Position numbers and translations under genes: made by a program. A stretch of DNA of 64,000 nt from Candidatus Jorgensenbacteria bacterium (GTDB taxonomy: Bacteria > Patescibacteriota > Minisyncoccia > UBA6257 > GWB1-50-10), in NCBI GenBank assembly GCA_043807585.1, contig JAZDFV010000001.1, forward strand, positions 46,590-110,589, given 5' to 3'. Of the stretch, positions 54,864 through 64,000 are shown one piece after another (position 1 is the first letter of the stretch; every line of letters begins with the position of its first letter). The notes beneath the pieces were generated by a model that searched no databases, was not told the origin of the DNA, and saw only the letters and a list, made by a program, of their open reading frames with translations.

Positions 54864-55055
54864 ATGGAACGGCTCTTGAACATGCTTGCGGCAATGGGGC
54901 AGATGACTTTCGGGCTTGTGGGTTTCCTGATCGTGATGGTTGGTTCCATCTTGATCGGTACGCTCCCGACGCTGTATTTTCTCGCTGTCATCCGCTTCTA
55001 CCACACGCGCGCCGTGGTGCAGGTGCGCATCAAACCAGGCCCGTTCTCGCGATAA
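54864..55055 (+). CDS. small membrane protein (63 aa), hypothetical
   Basis: GGAGAGGAGG RBS. One TM. Followed by a terminator. Confidence 0.35.
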   Translation: MERLLNMLAAMGQMTFGLVGFLIVMVGSILIGTLPTLYFLAVIRFYHTRAVVQVRIKPGPFSR

Positions 55056-55084
55056 TCGTGAGAACGGGCGCTTTCTTTTTTTGG
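55040..55084 (+). terminator. rho-independent terminator (CCCGTTCTCGCG-ataat-CGTGAGAACGGG followed by a T-tract)
   Basis: 12-bp stem with one G-U pair, then ctttctttttttgg. Confidence 0.65.
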
Positions 55085-55310
55085 CAGCGGGAGGGTATAC
55101 TAACTTCTGGCAATTGGAAAGGTCGTCCCGATTTTGTATGAGCGAAGCGAATTTACAAAAGCGAGGACCGAGCACATAAGGCATTTACTATGAATGTTTC
55201 AAGGGAACAAAAACCAACCGTTTTCCGAAAGAACCTTATGTGCTCGGTGCTCAATCTTAAACTAAATTTTATTCGCCGCAGATCGGCTCTAAAATTCAAA
55301 TAAAATTGGC

Positions 55311-55718
55311 ATGATCCAACCACTTTTCGTGTTCTACGATTGGGGGCTCCTCGCTCTCCGGGTGATTCTCGGGGTCATCCTCGTCGTCCACGGATTTCCA
55401 AAGCTGAAGAATCTCAAGGTGGCGGGAGGGGGGTTTGCGGCGATGGGGTTTCGGCCCGGCGTGTTCTGGGCGGTGGTCGTCGGTGTCGTGGAGTTCGTGG
55501 GCGGGCTCATGCTCATCGCAGGGTTCTTGACCCAGCTCGTGGCGCTCCTCGTGTTTCTCCAGTTCCTTGTCGTCATCTTCAAGGTGAAGCGGGGGAAGGG
55601 TTTCACGGGGGAATACGAATTCGATCTCTTGATTGCGGCAGCGGCGCTCCTTCTCATGACCACCGGCGGGGGCTTTTGGAGCATTGAGCAGGCGAACGGA
55701 ACGTTCCTGCTATACTGA
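55311..55718 (+). CDS. DoxX-family membrane protein
   Basis: LALRVILGVILVVHGFPKL and overall 4-TM DoxX pattern. Confidence 0.75.
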   Translation: MIQPLFVFYDWGLLALRVILGVILVVHGFPKLKNLKVAGGGFAAMGFRPGVFWAVVVGVVEFVGGLMLIAGFLTQLVALLVFLQFLVVIFKVKRGKGFTGEYEFDLLIAAAALLLMTTGGGFWSIEQANGTFLLY

Positions 55719-55762
55719 AGGGCTTGGTCCCCGACGCTACGTCGGGGTTACCAAGCCCTTCA

Positions 55763-55867
55763 CCCCGTTAGATAGCGGTAACAATATGAAACTTCAGTAC
55801 AAAAATGAAAAACTACAAACCATCACCACTGAGCCACCTCGCGTGGATTTGTACGCATCTAACGGGG
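55763..55867. mobile_element. MITE-like element, inverted-repeat termini CCCCGTTAGATAGCGG / CGCATCTAACGGGG
   Basis: The termini are cross-matched with the copy at 24957-25060. AT-rich interior. Confidence 0.55.
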
Positions 55868-55928
55868 TGCTCGGTTTTATAGCTAAATTTCCGGCGCTTG
55901 CTCGCTTGGAAATTTAGATAAAAACAGC

Positions 55929-57434
55929 ATGGTACGCCTCTTCGAGCTGTTCCCCGGGGCGCTCTCGTGGGTGACGCTACTCGGCCTCATCTTTCTCTCT
56001 TGGCGACTGCCCGTAGTGGTGGCGGTGTTCATCGTGCTCTACGACCTCTACTGGCTCTTGAAGACCATCTACCTTTTTTTTCATCTGCGATTCTCTTTTG
56101 CGCGGATGAAGGAATATTTGAAAACCGACTGGCTCGCAAAACTCCGGGTGCTTCCATACCGCGACCGCGAGCCGCGGCGATGGGATGAGATATTCCACCT
56201 CGTGATACTCCCAATGTGCCACGAGCCCTATGAGCTTGTGTGCGGCACCCTTCGAAGCTTGGCGGCGGTGAATTACCCCCTGGAGAAGCTCCTCATAGTG
56301 CTCGCTACTGAGGCGCGCGCGGGGGAAGCGGATGCGGCGCTCGCCGCGCGCATCGAGGAGGAGTTCGGTGAGAAGTTCGGGGGATTTCTCATCACGACTC
56401 ACCCCGCGGGGCTCCCTGGCGAACTCCCCGGAAAGGGCTCCAACGAAAAGTGGGGAGTGCAGCGGGCGCTCGCCGACCTCATTGACCGCCGTGCCATTCC
56501 CCGCTCAAACGTACTTGTCTCGGTATTCGATATCGATACGCGCCCGGGGCCGGAGTACTTCGGGGTGCTCGCCTACCACTTCCTGACCGAGCCGCGCAGC
56601 GACCGAGCGAGCTATCAACCTATCCCCCTTTTCATCAACAACATTCACGGCGTGCCAATGTTCGCGCGCATCATTGCGTTCGTCGCCACGTTCTGGCAGT
56701 TCATGCAGCAGTCGCGGCGTGATCAGCTCGTCACCTTTTCTTCGCACAGTATGCCGCTCGAGCCGCTCGTGGAGATCGGTTTTTGGGATACCGATATCGT
56801 TTCCGAGGACTCGCGCATTTTTTTCCAGTGTCTCACCCACTACCGTGGTGACTGGCGCACGGTCCCGCTCTTTTACCCCATCTACATGGATGCGGTTTCT
56901 GGTCCCACGACAGTGGAGGCGCTCAAAAACCTATACAAACAGCAGCGGAGGTGGGCGTGGGGTATTGAGAACATCCCCTACGTGTTCTCTCGGTTCGTCC
57001 GTGACAGGGGACTTTCCCTCCGGCGCAAGCTTTCCTGGTCCTTCATGCTCACTGAAGGGTTCTATTCATGGGCGACAAGCTCGTTCATTATCTTTCTCTT
57101 CGGGTGGCTTCCCAACCTCCTCGGGGGCGATGCGTTCCGCCGCTCGGTGCTCTCCGCAAATCTCCCCGGCGTGACCGGCTTTCTCATCAACCTTTCCACC
57201 GTGGGCATCATCACCTTCGCGTTCGTGAGCATTTTCCTAATACCGCCGCTCCCAACCGGCGAACGGCTGAGGCTACGCCATTACGCCCTCTATCTCTTCC
57301 AGTGGTTCCTTATTCCCATCACCTTCATTTTCTGGAGCGCGGTTCCCGCGCTCGAGGCGCAAACCCGCATGATGCTGGGGGGGCGCTTCAAGTTGGGGTT
57401 TTGGAAAACGCCGAAGGGTGCCGCGTCATCATGA
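55929..57434 (+). CDS. processive family-2 glycosyltransferase (cellulose/chitin/hyaluronan-synthase-like), integral membrane
   Basis: DxD (VFDIDT), TED-like SEDSRIF and QQRRWAWG (QxxRW) motifs. N- and C-terminal TMs. Confidence 0.8.
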   Translation: MVRLFELFPGALSWVTLLGLIFLSWRLPVVVAVFIVLYDLYWLLKTIYLFFHLRFSFARMKEYLKTDWLAKLRVLPYRDREPRRWDEIFHLVILPMCHEPYELVCGTLRSLAAVNYPLEKLLIVLATEARAGEADAALAARIEEEFGEKFGGFLITTHPAGLPGELPGKGSNEKWGVQRALADLIDRRAIPRSNVLVSVFDIDTRPGPEYFGVLAYHFLTEPRSDRASYQPIPLFINNIHGVPMFARIIAFVATFWQFMQQSRRDQLVTFSSHSMPLEPLVEIGFWDTDIVSEDSRIFFQCLTHYRGDWRTVPLFYPIYMDAVSGPTTVEALKNLYKQQRRWAWGIENIPYVFSRFVRDRGLSLRRKLSWSFMLTEGFYSWATSSFIIFLFGWLPNLLGGDAFRRSVLSANLPGVTGFLINLSTVGIITFAFVSIFLIPPLPTGERLRLRHYALYLFQWFLIPITFIFWSAVPALEAQTRMMLGGRFKLGFWKTPKGAASS

Positions 57435-57435
57435 A

Positions 57436-57966
57436 ATGAAAGAGTATGTGACCCAGGCAATCGTCCTTGGGGTGCGGGGTTCCGGAGAGCGGGATCGCGT
57501 GGTCCGCCTTTTCTCCAAGGAACTGGGGACGCTCGAGGCGCGCGTGGTGGGAGGCCGGCGGGTGCTTTCCAAGTTTGCGTCCCACCTGGACCCGGGGAAC
57601 CTCGCAATCGTCCGCCTGGTAAAGAAGAACGCCTATACGGTGGCAGATGTGGTGAGCGGAGAGCGGTTCACGAAACTCCGCCGGACAACGAAGGAATTTG
57701 CCCGCGCGCTTGCGCTTCTCTCCCTCCTGTCCCGTCTCCTCCCGCGGGAGGCACCGGATCTGCGCCTCTGGCACTTCGTGGCGCGTTCGTTCGCCACTGC
57801 GCGCGTGGATGTGGGAGCGACCCTGAAACTCCTGGGGTATGATCCGCTCCACGCCACTTGCGAAGTGTGCGGGCGGAAGCGCCCTTCGTATTTCGTGCCC
57901 GCCACCCAGTCGTTCATTTGCGTTTTGTGTCGTGGGAAATTCGGTGCGGATGGGGTATTATGGTAA
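57436..57966 (+). CDS. recO: DNA repair protein RecO (short form)
   Basis: N-terminal OB fold (AIVLGVRGSGERDRVVRLFSKELGTLEARV) and C-terminal CxxC ... CxxC zinc motif. Start is 2 nt after the glycosyltransferase stop. Confidence 0.75.
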   Translation: MKEYVTQAIVLGVRGSGERDRVVRLFSKELGTLEARVVGGRRVLSKFASHLDPGNLAIVRLVKKNAYTVADVVSGERFTKLRRTTKEFARALALLSLLSRLLPREAPDLRLWHFVARSFATARVDVGATLKLLGYDPLHATCEVCGRKRPSYFVPATQSFICVLCRGKFGADGVLW

Positions 57967-58198
57967 GTACGATCCGAAACGACGAATCTATCTGAGTATT
58001 CTGAATAAATCCGAACTCGTTCGTAGCAGATTTGTGGATTCGGATGCATTCGTAGTTTTAAATCGCGTTATCATGTCACTCGATAGTTTGGAAAAACGTT
58101 TGTATACGGAGAAAGGTACCCGCCGCACCACACCTCGCCCCCGCGGGGAGGTTGGACGTGGAAACCCCGCGGTCCCGGAGGAGTGGCAGCGTGAGGGA

Positions 58199-59944
58199 AT
58201 GAAGGGTGAAACCCCCCGTCGCCCGTTTTTCCGGTGGATGCTGGCGGCTGTGGCGGTGCTCGTTGTCCTTGCGGTTGGAATCGCGGTTCTCTTATTGGGC
58301 TCCGGAGGAGGCGGCGGGGAGAATACTTCTCTCACGCTTTATGCCCCGTCGGAAATCTACCGCGGGGTGCCATTTGCCCTTGAGGTGAATGTGGAAAACC
58401 AGCTTGATGCGGTGATTCGCGACGCGGCACTCACCCTGAACCTTCCGGCGGGGCTCGTCTCCGTAGACAATATCGGGACCAACCTCGCTATCACGAACGA
58501 ATCCATCGGGGACATCGGGGGGAGGACTGTGGCAAAGAAATCATTCCGTCTCCTTGCGGTTGGGCCGCCAGATTCGCTGCAGAAGGCGAACGTCACCCTC
58601 TCATACGGAACGGGTGGACGGAGCCGCTTCCAGGTGAGCGCTGAGAAGGAGATAATCGTGAACCGAGAGGCGGTGAAGCTCACAGTGACAAAGCCGGAGC
58701 GGGTGATTTCCGGTTCGTCATTTGAATTGGAAGTGGGGTATGAGAACGGTTCCACGTTTGGTTTCTCCGACGTGACTCTCCGCATGAAGTATCCGGACGG
58801 GTTCCGCTTCCAATCGGCAAGCATGAACCCAGATTCATTAGACAGCTCCTGGCGCCTGGGGGCGCTCCAGGCGGGTTCCAAGGGCGTGCTCCGCGTGAAA
58901 GGTATTTTGACGGGAGCGGATGACGCGAAGTTTTCCCTGCCGGTCACCGTTGTCGCGAATTTCGGGGGTGAGGAGTATCCGCTCGCAGGGGAAGACGTGG
59001 CGCTGGCCTTGGCGCCCGCGCCGGTGAATCTTCAGGTGCTCGTGAACGGACGCAATGACTACGTGGCGCGCGTTGGGGACGCGCTTACCTACACCGTTTC
59101 CTACAAGAACGGGAGCGGTATTGCGCTTGCCGATGTGGTCCTGAAGCTCTCGCTCTCCGGCGAACTCTTTAACTTCACGACCTTGGACACCGACGGGCAG
59201 ATCGACTCGCTTACCAACACAATCACCTGGAATGCCGGGAACGTCCCAGCATTCCGCCTTCTGGACCCGGGCGCCTCAGGAGAGGTACGTGTGACGGTGC
59301 ACCTGGCGTCCACCTTCCCCATTCGGCGGTTCTCCGACAAGAATTTCCTTATCCGTGCCCAGGCACGGGTGGATTCCCCATCGGTTCCCTCCTACCTTGC
59401 TGCGGACAAAACGACCGCCCTCGCGGGTTTGGAAACCAAGGTGGCGGGTCTCGCCGTGGTGGACGCGCAGGCATTCTTCCGCGACGTGGCGGCGGGGATG
59501 TTGAACGAGGGAGAGATGCCCCCGCGGGTGGGGCAGTCCACCGAGTACACCATTCACTGGGTGCTTAAGAACTACGGCACCGACGTGACGAACGTGGTGG
59601 TAAGCGCGTTTCTCCAATCGGGTGTCACGTGGGCCGGGCTAGTGAAAAGCAGCATTGATGTGGTGCCGTCCTGGAACGAGCGGACCGGCGAGGTTACGTG
59701 GCAGATAGACAAGATTGCGGCGACCAAGGGGGTCATTTCCAATCCCATTGAGGCGGTTTTCCAGGTGCGGGCGACGCCCGATGCAACGAAAGTGGGGCAG
59801 AACCAGCCGCTCATAGGCGAGACGACGCTCAAAGCCACCGACGATTTCACTGGCTTGGAGCTTACCAGTCGCGATGCGGGGCTCACCACGGCGCTCCCCG
59901 ACGACCACACCGTTGGCCAGGATGCGGGGAGGGTGATACCGTAG
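58199..59944 (+). CDS. cell-surface protein with DUF11/CARDB-like repeat domains
   Basis: N-terminal TM or signal (FFRWMLAAVAVLVVLAVGIAVLLL). Repeated beta-rich segments such as DALTYTVSYKNGSGIALADVVL. Start uncertain. Confidence 0.6.
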   Translation: MKGETPRRPFFRWMLAAVAVLVVLAVGIAVLLLGSGGGGGENTSLTLYAPSEIYRGVPFALEVNVENQLDAVIRDAALTLNLPAGLVSVDNIGTNLAITNESIGDIGGRTVAKKSFRLLAVGPPDSLQKANVTLSYGTGGRSRFQVSAEKEIIVNREAVKLTVTKPERVISGSSFELEVGYENGSTFGFSDVTLRMKYPDGFRFQSASMNPDSLDSSWRLGALQAGSKGVLRVKGILTGADDAKFSLPVTVVANFGGEEYPLAGEDVALALAPAPVNLQVLVNGRNDYVARVGDALTYTVSYKNGSGIALADVVLKLSLSGELFNFTTLDTDGQIDSLTNTITWNAGNVPAFRLLDPGASGEVRVTVHLASTFPIRRFSDKNFLIRAQARVDSPSVPSYLAADKTTALAGLETKVAGLAVVDAQAFFRDVAAGMLNEGEMPPRVGQSTEYTIHWVLKNYGTDVTNVVVSAFLQSGVTWAGLVKSSIDVVPSWNERTGEVTWQIDKIAATKGVISNPIEAVFQVRATPDATKVGQNQPLIGETTLKATDDFTGLELTSRDAGLTTALPDDHTVGQDAGRVIP

Positions 59945-60088
59945 AGGAAATTTCTAATTACTAATTTCTAATGTCTAACCAAATTTTCATTTCTCAATAA
60001 CCATTGATCGGGAATCTTAGAAATTAGACATTTACTTATTTAGATATTGATTAGAAATTAGGTTAATTAGGGATTAGAAATTTTTATT
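59945..60088. repeat. AT-rich intergenic tract made of TTAGAAATT / AATTTCTAA units in inverted arrangement
   Basis: Same unit as the tsaD insert at 53672-53700. Confidence 0.6.
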
Positions 60089-61444
60089 ATGGATCTATTA
60101 GAAAAAATTGTCTCGTTGGCCAAGCGGCGGGGGTTTGTCTACCCCGGCTCCGAGATCTACGGAGGATTTGCAGGTACCTATGACTTTGGGCACTACGGCG
60201 TCGCGCTTCGGCACAACATTGTGGAAATGTGGAAACGGGATCTTCAGAAACATGGCGAGATTGCATTTATCGAATCAAGTATTTTTTCTGCGCCGAAGGT
60301 GTGGGAAGCGAGCGGGCACGTGAGCGGTTTTTCCGACCCGCTCGTGATCTGCAGCGCGTGTCACGCCAAGTATCGGGCTGATCATCTTCTTGGGTCAGTG
60401 GGTGTCGCGGCGGACGAAAAGATGACGGAAGCAGAACTGAACGTGCTCTTTGACGCACACCGCAAGGATCTAAAATGCCAAAGCTGCGGCAAAAAGAATT
60501 TCGGCCGTGTGACTGCAAAAAGTCTTCTCGTAACCTCCACGCTGGGAGTGTTCGAGGAGGGTGACCAGGAAGTATACCTACGAGGTGAAACAGCGCAGGG
60601 AATCTACATTAATTTCAAAAATGTATTGAACACCGGCTCTTATTCCGTTCCGTTCGGCATCGCGCAGGTCGGAAAGGTATTTCGGAACGAGATTAGTCCC
60701 CGCCAGTTTCTTTTCCGTATGCGCGAGTTCGAACAGATGGAAATGCAGTACTTCGTGCATCCGAGGGACGCCCAAAAGGCGTATGAGTGTTGGAAGAAAG
60801 CGCGCATGGAATACTACACGGAAGTATTGGGTATTGCGAAGGAAAAATTACGTTGGGAGCAGCACAAACACCTCGTCTTCTACGCGAAGGACGCGTGGGA
60901 CATCCAATACGAGTTTCCCTTCGGTTGGAACGAGCTGGAAGGGGTGCATTATCGGGGCGATTACGACCTTTCCCAGCACCAGAAATTTTCAGGAGCCGAC
61001 ACCACGGTCTACGAAGAAGAGACGAAAGAGCGTTATACCCCGCATGTGGTGGAAACTTCGGTGGGCGTTGAGCGCACCATCCTTGCGCTCCTCTGCGACG
61101 CGTATTCCGAGGACGGGAAGCGTGTGGTGATGAAGTTTCATCCGAAAATTGCGCCGGTGAAAGTAGCGGTGTTTCCGCTCCTCGCAAACAAGCCGGACTT
61201 GGTGAAACTCGCACGGAAAATCTACGACGAACTGAAACAGGAATTTGTGGTTGCCTGGGACGACCGTGGAAACATCGGCAAGCGCTACTACGCGCAGGAC
61301 GAGATCGGCACCCCCTTCTGCATCACTGTGGATTTTGACTCGCTCGAGAAGAACGACGTGACGGTGCGGGACAGGGATACGATGAAGCAGGAGAGGGTGA
61401 AAATACAAGAACTCAAAGAATACATACAAAAGCGCCTCGAATGA
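60089..61444 (+). CDS. glyQS: glycyl-tRNA synthetase (dimeric class II type)
   Basis: 451 aa. FVYPGSEIYGG ... class II motifs ... anticodon-binding domain. Confidence 0.95.
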   Translation: MDLLEKIVSLAKRRGFVYPGSEIYGGFAGTYDFGHYGVALRHNIVEMWKRDLQKHGEIAFIESSIFSAPKVWEASGHVSGFSDPLVICSACHAKYRADHLLGSVGVAADEKMTEAELNVLFDAHRKDLKCQSCGKKNFGRVTAKSLLVTSTLGVFEEGDQEVYLRGETAQGIYINFKNVLNTGSYSVPFGIAQVGKVFRNEISPRQFLFRMREFEQMEMQYFVHPRDAQKAYECWKKARMEYYTEVLGIAKEKLRWEQHKHLVFYAKDAWDIQYEFPFGWNELEGVHYRGDYDLSQHQKFSGADTTVYEEETKERYTPHVVETSVGVERTILALLCDAYSEDGKRVVMKFHPKIAPVKVAVFPLLANKPDLVKLARKIYDELKQEFVVAWDDRGNIGKRYYAQDEIGTPFCITVDFDSLEKNDVTVRDRDTMKQERVKIQELKEYIQKRLE

Positions 61445-61464
61445 GGCGCTTTTTATCGCTTGTA

Positions 61465-61558
61465 CCACGGAGGGTGCTTCGATTAATCGAAGCACCCACC
61501 GAAAAGGCATCGGTTGCCGATTGTCGTGTCTCTTTGCAATACGATAGGTGGCATGCGG
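61465..61558. repeat. about 95-bp repeat containing the perfect 24-bp palindrome GGTGCTTCGATTAATCGAAGCACC and the palindrome CATCGGTTGCCGATTG; copy 1 of 2.5
   Basis: Direct repeat with 62113-62205. A deleted variant lies at 61634-61661. Confidence 0.7.
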
Positions 61559-61697
61559 AAAAGTTTTTTAAAACTCACCCTCCCCAACGGCCTCCAGATT
61601 CTTTTTTGCTTCGCTGATCGCTGCGCCACATAGGGTGCTTTGATTAATCAAGGCATGCCGGAGGCAGCACTCGTCTCTTGATAGCAGATTTCTGTTT

Positions 61698-62081
61698 TTA
61701 CAAGTCATTCAACCAGCGCCAGCGGCCGCGGCCCATGGGTGGAGGGGAAAGAAGAATGTGCCCTTTTTTGCGTGGTGTACGGAGCGGGCTGTACTGGCGC
61801 GGCGTCCTCGGTTTCCTCGTGAGACCGTGCTTCATGAAGCTGATTGCGGCGGGACCTATATCAATCGTGCGGCCAATTTCGCGATAGCTCATGCCGCGTG
61901 CGAGGAGGATGGGTACCGCGAGCCGCTTCTCGATGAGGAGTAGTTCGGTGGTGGTAAGGATTTTGGCGAGGGCGCGGAAAAGTTCATCGCCGGAAGTTGT
62001 TCCGTGGAGCAAGCGGCGCAGTCGTTCTCGCACCTCCTCCCGGAGTTTCGCGGGGAATTGGGTTTTATTTACGCGGGCCAT
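61698..62081 (-). CDS. TrpR/YerC/YecD-family DNA-binding protein
   Basis: LLTTTELLLIEKRLAVPILLARGMSYREIGRTIDIGPAAIS matches the Trp-repressor-like HTH. Confidence 0.7.
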   Translation of the reverse strand: MARVNKTQFPAKLREEVRERLRRLLHGTTSGDELFRALAKILTTTELLLIEKRLAVPILLARGMSYREIGRTIDIGPAAISFMKHGLTRKPRTPRQYSPLRTPRKKGHILLSPPPMGRGRWRWLNDL

Positions 62082-62112
62082 AGTGTGGGCATCAATGAAT
62101 CATGGCCATTAT

Positions 62113-62205
62113 ATCACGGTGCTTCGATTAATCGAAGCACCCACCGAAAAGGGCATCGGTTGCCGATTATAGTGTCTCTTTGCGATACGACTAGGTGGCA
62201 TGCGG
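62113..62205. promoter_or_regulatory. copy 2 of the palindrome-rich repeat, in the promoter region of the TrpR/YerC-like gene; candidate operator
   Basis: Same 24-bp palindrome, with a TTAA centre like the E. coli trp operator. Confidence 0.55.
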
Positions 62206-62298
62206 GGAAGTTTTCAAAGACCCCACTCTTCCCAATGACCTCCGGGTCATTCGGATAAAAAGCAAAACCCCTTCGGATTTCTCCGAAGGGGCTTTTCC

Positions 62299-62835
62299 TT
62301 AAGCGGTTTGCGCGAGCGGTTTATTCCTCGGTTTCATCGCCACAATAAGAGCCCTACCGATGAGGTACGAGCCAGCCAATGCAAGTACCATCCCAACGAG
62401 CACCATGGACCAGACCACCCCCCCTACCCTCTTAGGGAAAAAGACAAGAGAGTGACCGCGTAGTTCCGTTTCTTTAGTTTCAGTCGCAACCGTGATACTG
62501 CCCCAGCGTGGCGAGCCAAACCATTCCTCCGCGCTGAATAGGATGCCCTGCTCGGAGAGCAGGTAGCGCACAAGGCCGTTCTTGTTCCAGATGACGTGGA
62601 GCGTGTTTTGCGATTTCCCGGCACGCTCGATGATGTCGCCCGTAGATACAGAAACGACCACGCCTGGATTTTGCATTGAGACGTCTCCCTGAATGATTTG
62701 TGGCTTGCCGGCGACGGGGAATTCTATTGTGGTGGATTCGGGGAGGTTACCTATTGTCAGCACGGTTGTAATTGGAAAGACAGCGATAACAAGAAGCACC
62801 AGCCCGACCGCCAGTCGCAGCGCATTTGTTCCCAT
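62299..62835 (-). CDS. secreted or membrane hypothetical protein with N- and C-terminal TMs
   Basis: ORF with hydrophobic termini. Confidence 0.4.
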   Translation of the reverse strand: MGTNALRLAVGLVLLVIAVFPITTVLTIGNLPESTTIEFPVAGKPQIIQGDVSMQNPGVVVSVSTGDIIERAGKSQNTLHVIWNKNGLVRYLLSEQGILFSAEEWFGSPRWGSITVATETKETELRGHSLVFFPKRVGGVVWSMVLVGMVLALAGSYLIGRALIVAMKPRNKPLAQTA

Positions 62836-62971
62836 AGCAACCTCCTCTGTAATTGTGAATCTGCGGTGGTTTAAGTTTCCGCTGGCATATGTATACGCTT
62901 CAGGGGAATATTGTCAATGAGCGGGGTGGCACGATCTCCAAAAATTGCGCCCCTTGCGCCAGTGCCGTATG

Positions 62972-64000
62972 ATGAACTCCATGCAACCTTTCCAGAAACT
63001 GATTCTCAAGAACGGCCTGCGTGTCATCCTGGTACCGGAGCCGCAGAGTTTGGCAACCACGGTTTTGGTTTCGGTTGAGACAGGTTCAGAGTACGAAGCG
63101 AAGGAAATAAACGGCATCTCGCATTTTTTGGAGCACATGTGCTTCAAGGGCACCACGAACCGCCCGCGACACATTGACATCGCGAACGAGTTGGACGGCC
63201 TCGGCGCTGAATACAACGCGTTCACCAGCGAAGAATCAACGAGCTACTACGCGAAGGTGCGGAATGATGACTTTGAGAAAGCGCTGGATGTGGTGGCGGA
63301 TCTCTACCTCAACCCAACTTTTGATGCAGGCGAGATCGAAAAAGAACGCGGCGTGATTGTGGGCGAGATAAATATGTATGAGGACCTGCCCCAGCGGCGC
63401 GTGCAGGAATTCTTTATGGAACTCGTGTACGGCGACCAGCCGGCTGGTCGCTCCATTGCGGGGACAAAGGATATTGTCCAGAAGCTCCAGCGCGACGATT
63501 TCCTGAAGTACCGCGGAGCGCACTACCTTGCGTCAGCAACCGTGGTGACCATCGCGGGAGGTTTTTCCGCCAAAGGCGGATCCGCCTTCGGCGGAGACGT
63601 TGAGTATGCAACAAAGCTCGCTGAGCGGTATTTCAACTCGCTCGGTGTCGGCGAGAAAGGTGTTAAGCCGAAGACGGTGGAGGTTCAGAATGTACCGCGC
63701 GAGCTCGTCCGTTTTAAAGAGGTGGACCAGACCCATATGGTGATGGGATTCCGCGCGTTTGACATTCACGACGAACGGCGCTTTATGCTTATACTTCTAA
63801 CGGATATTTTGGGCGGCGGGATGGGATCGCGCCTTTTCCAGGTGGTGCGCGAAGAACTGGGTGCCGCGTACTACGTGCGTGCCTCCGCAGACCTCTATTC
63901 CGACCACGGGCTTGTGGCGATGAGCGCTGGAGTTCACCACGAAAAATTACCGGAGGTTATCACCGTATCGCTCAAGGAATTCGCGCGGTTTAAGGAGGAA
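62972..64000 (+). CDS. M16-family zinc peptidase (pitrilysin/insulinase-like), 3-prime end beyond the window
   Basis: HFLEHMCFKGT (HxxEH) motif. Own translation is open to the window end, so it is absent from the ORF track. Confidence 0.8.
   Translation, partial: MNSMQPFQKLILKNGLRVILVPEPQSLATTVLVSVETGSEYEAKEINGISHFLEHMCFKGTTNRPRHIDIANELDGLGAEYNAFTSEESTSYYAKVRNDDFEKALDVVADLYLNPTFDAGEIEKERGVIVGEINMYEDLPQRRVQEFFMELVYGDQPAGRSIAGTKDIVQKLQRDDFLKYRGAHYLASATVVTIAGGFSAKGGSAFGGDVEYATKLAERYFNSLGVGEKGVKPKTVEVQNVPRELVRFKEVDQTHMVMGFRAFDIHDERRFMLILLTDILGGGMGSRLFQVVREELGAAYYVRASADLYSDHGLVAMSAGVHHEKLPEVITVSLKEFARFKEE

Noticed and set aside
1-64000. rRNA genes or a prophage
   Set aside because: No 16S/23S/5S-like conserved stretches were found. 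There are no capsid, terminase or portal-like ORFs. The small exonuclease and YkuK-like genes at 28679-29752 are isolated.

Overview
High-GC (about 60%), gene-dense bacterial chromosome segment. Most of it is housekeeping genes: rsmA/ksgA, comM, pnp, rpsO, a xerC/D-like recombinase, gyrA, ftsH, glyA, folD, recA, ftsK, valS, murD, nusA, tsaD, recO, glyQS and three tRNAs. These are interspersed with many small hypothetical membrane or secreted proteins. A short ValRS, a RodZ-like HTH protein, tandem T4SS-pilin-like paralogues and many tiny orphan genes suggest a reduced-genome lineage such as CPR/Patescibacteria; this is inference only. Four things stand out. (1) Several families of small palindromic or AT-rich repeat elements occur between genes and also embedded in-frame inside at least seven essential genes, in the manner of Rickettsia palindromic elements. 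(2) A MITE-like family with CCCGTTAGAG terminal inverted repeats has 7 copies, and several copies directly abut start or stop codons. (3) An accessory stretch next to a tRNA-Leu/recombinase junction carries an SPFH protein, membrane proteins, five tandem pilin-like genes and a solute-binding protein. (4) Smaller items include a low-GC islet with a DUF5678-like/retropepsin-like gene pair, a wHTH-Cas2-like fusion protein with no CRISPR array, gene-fragment relics near recA, duplicated promoter modules and a palindrome-rich direct repeat flanking a TrpR/YerC-like regulator. No rRNA genes and no CRISPR array were seen.
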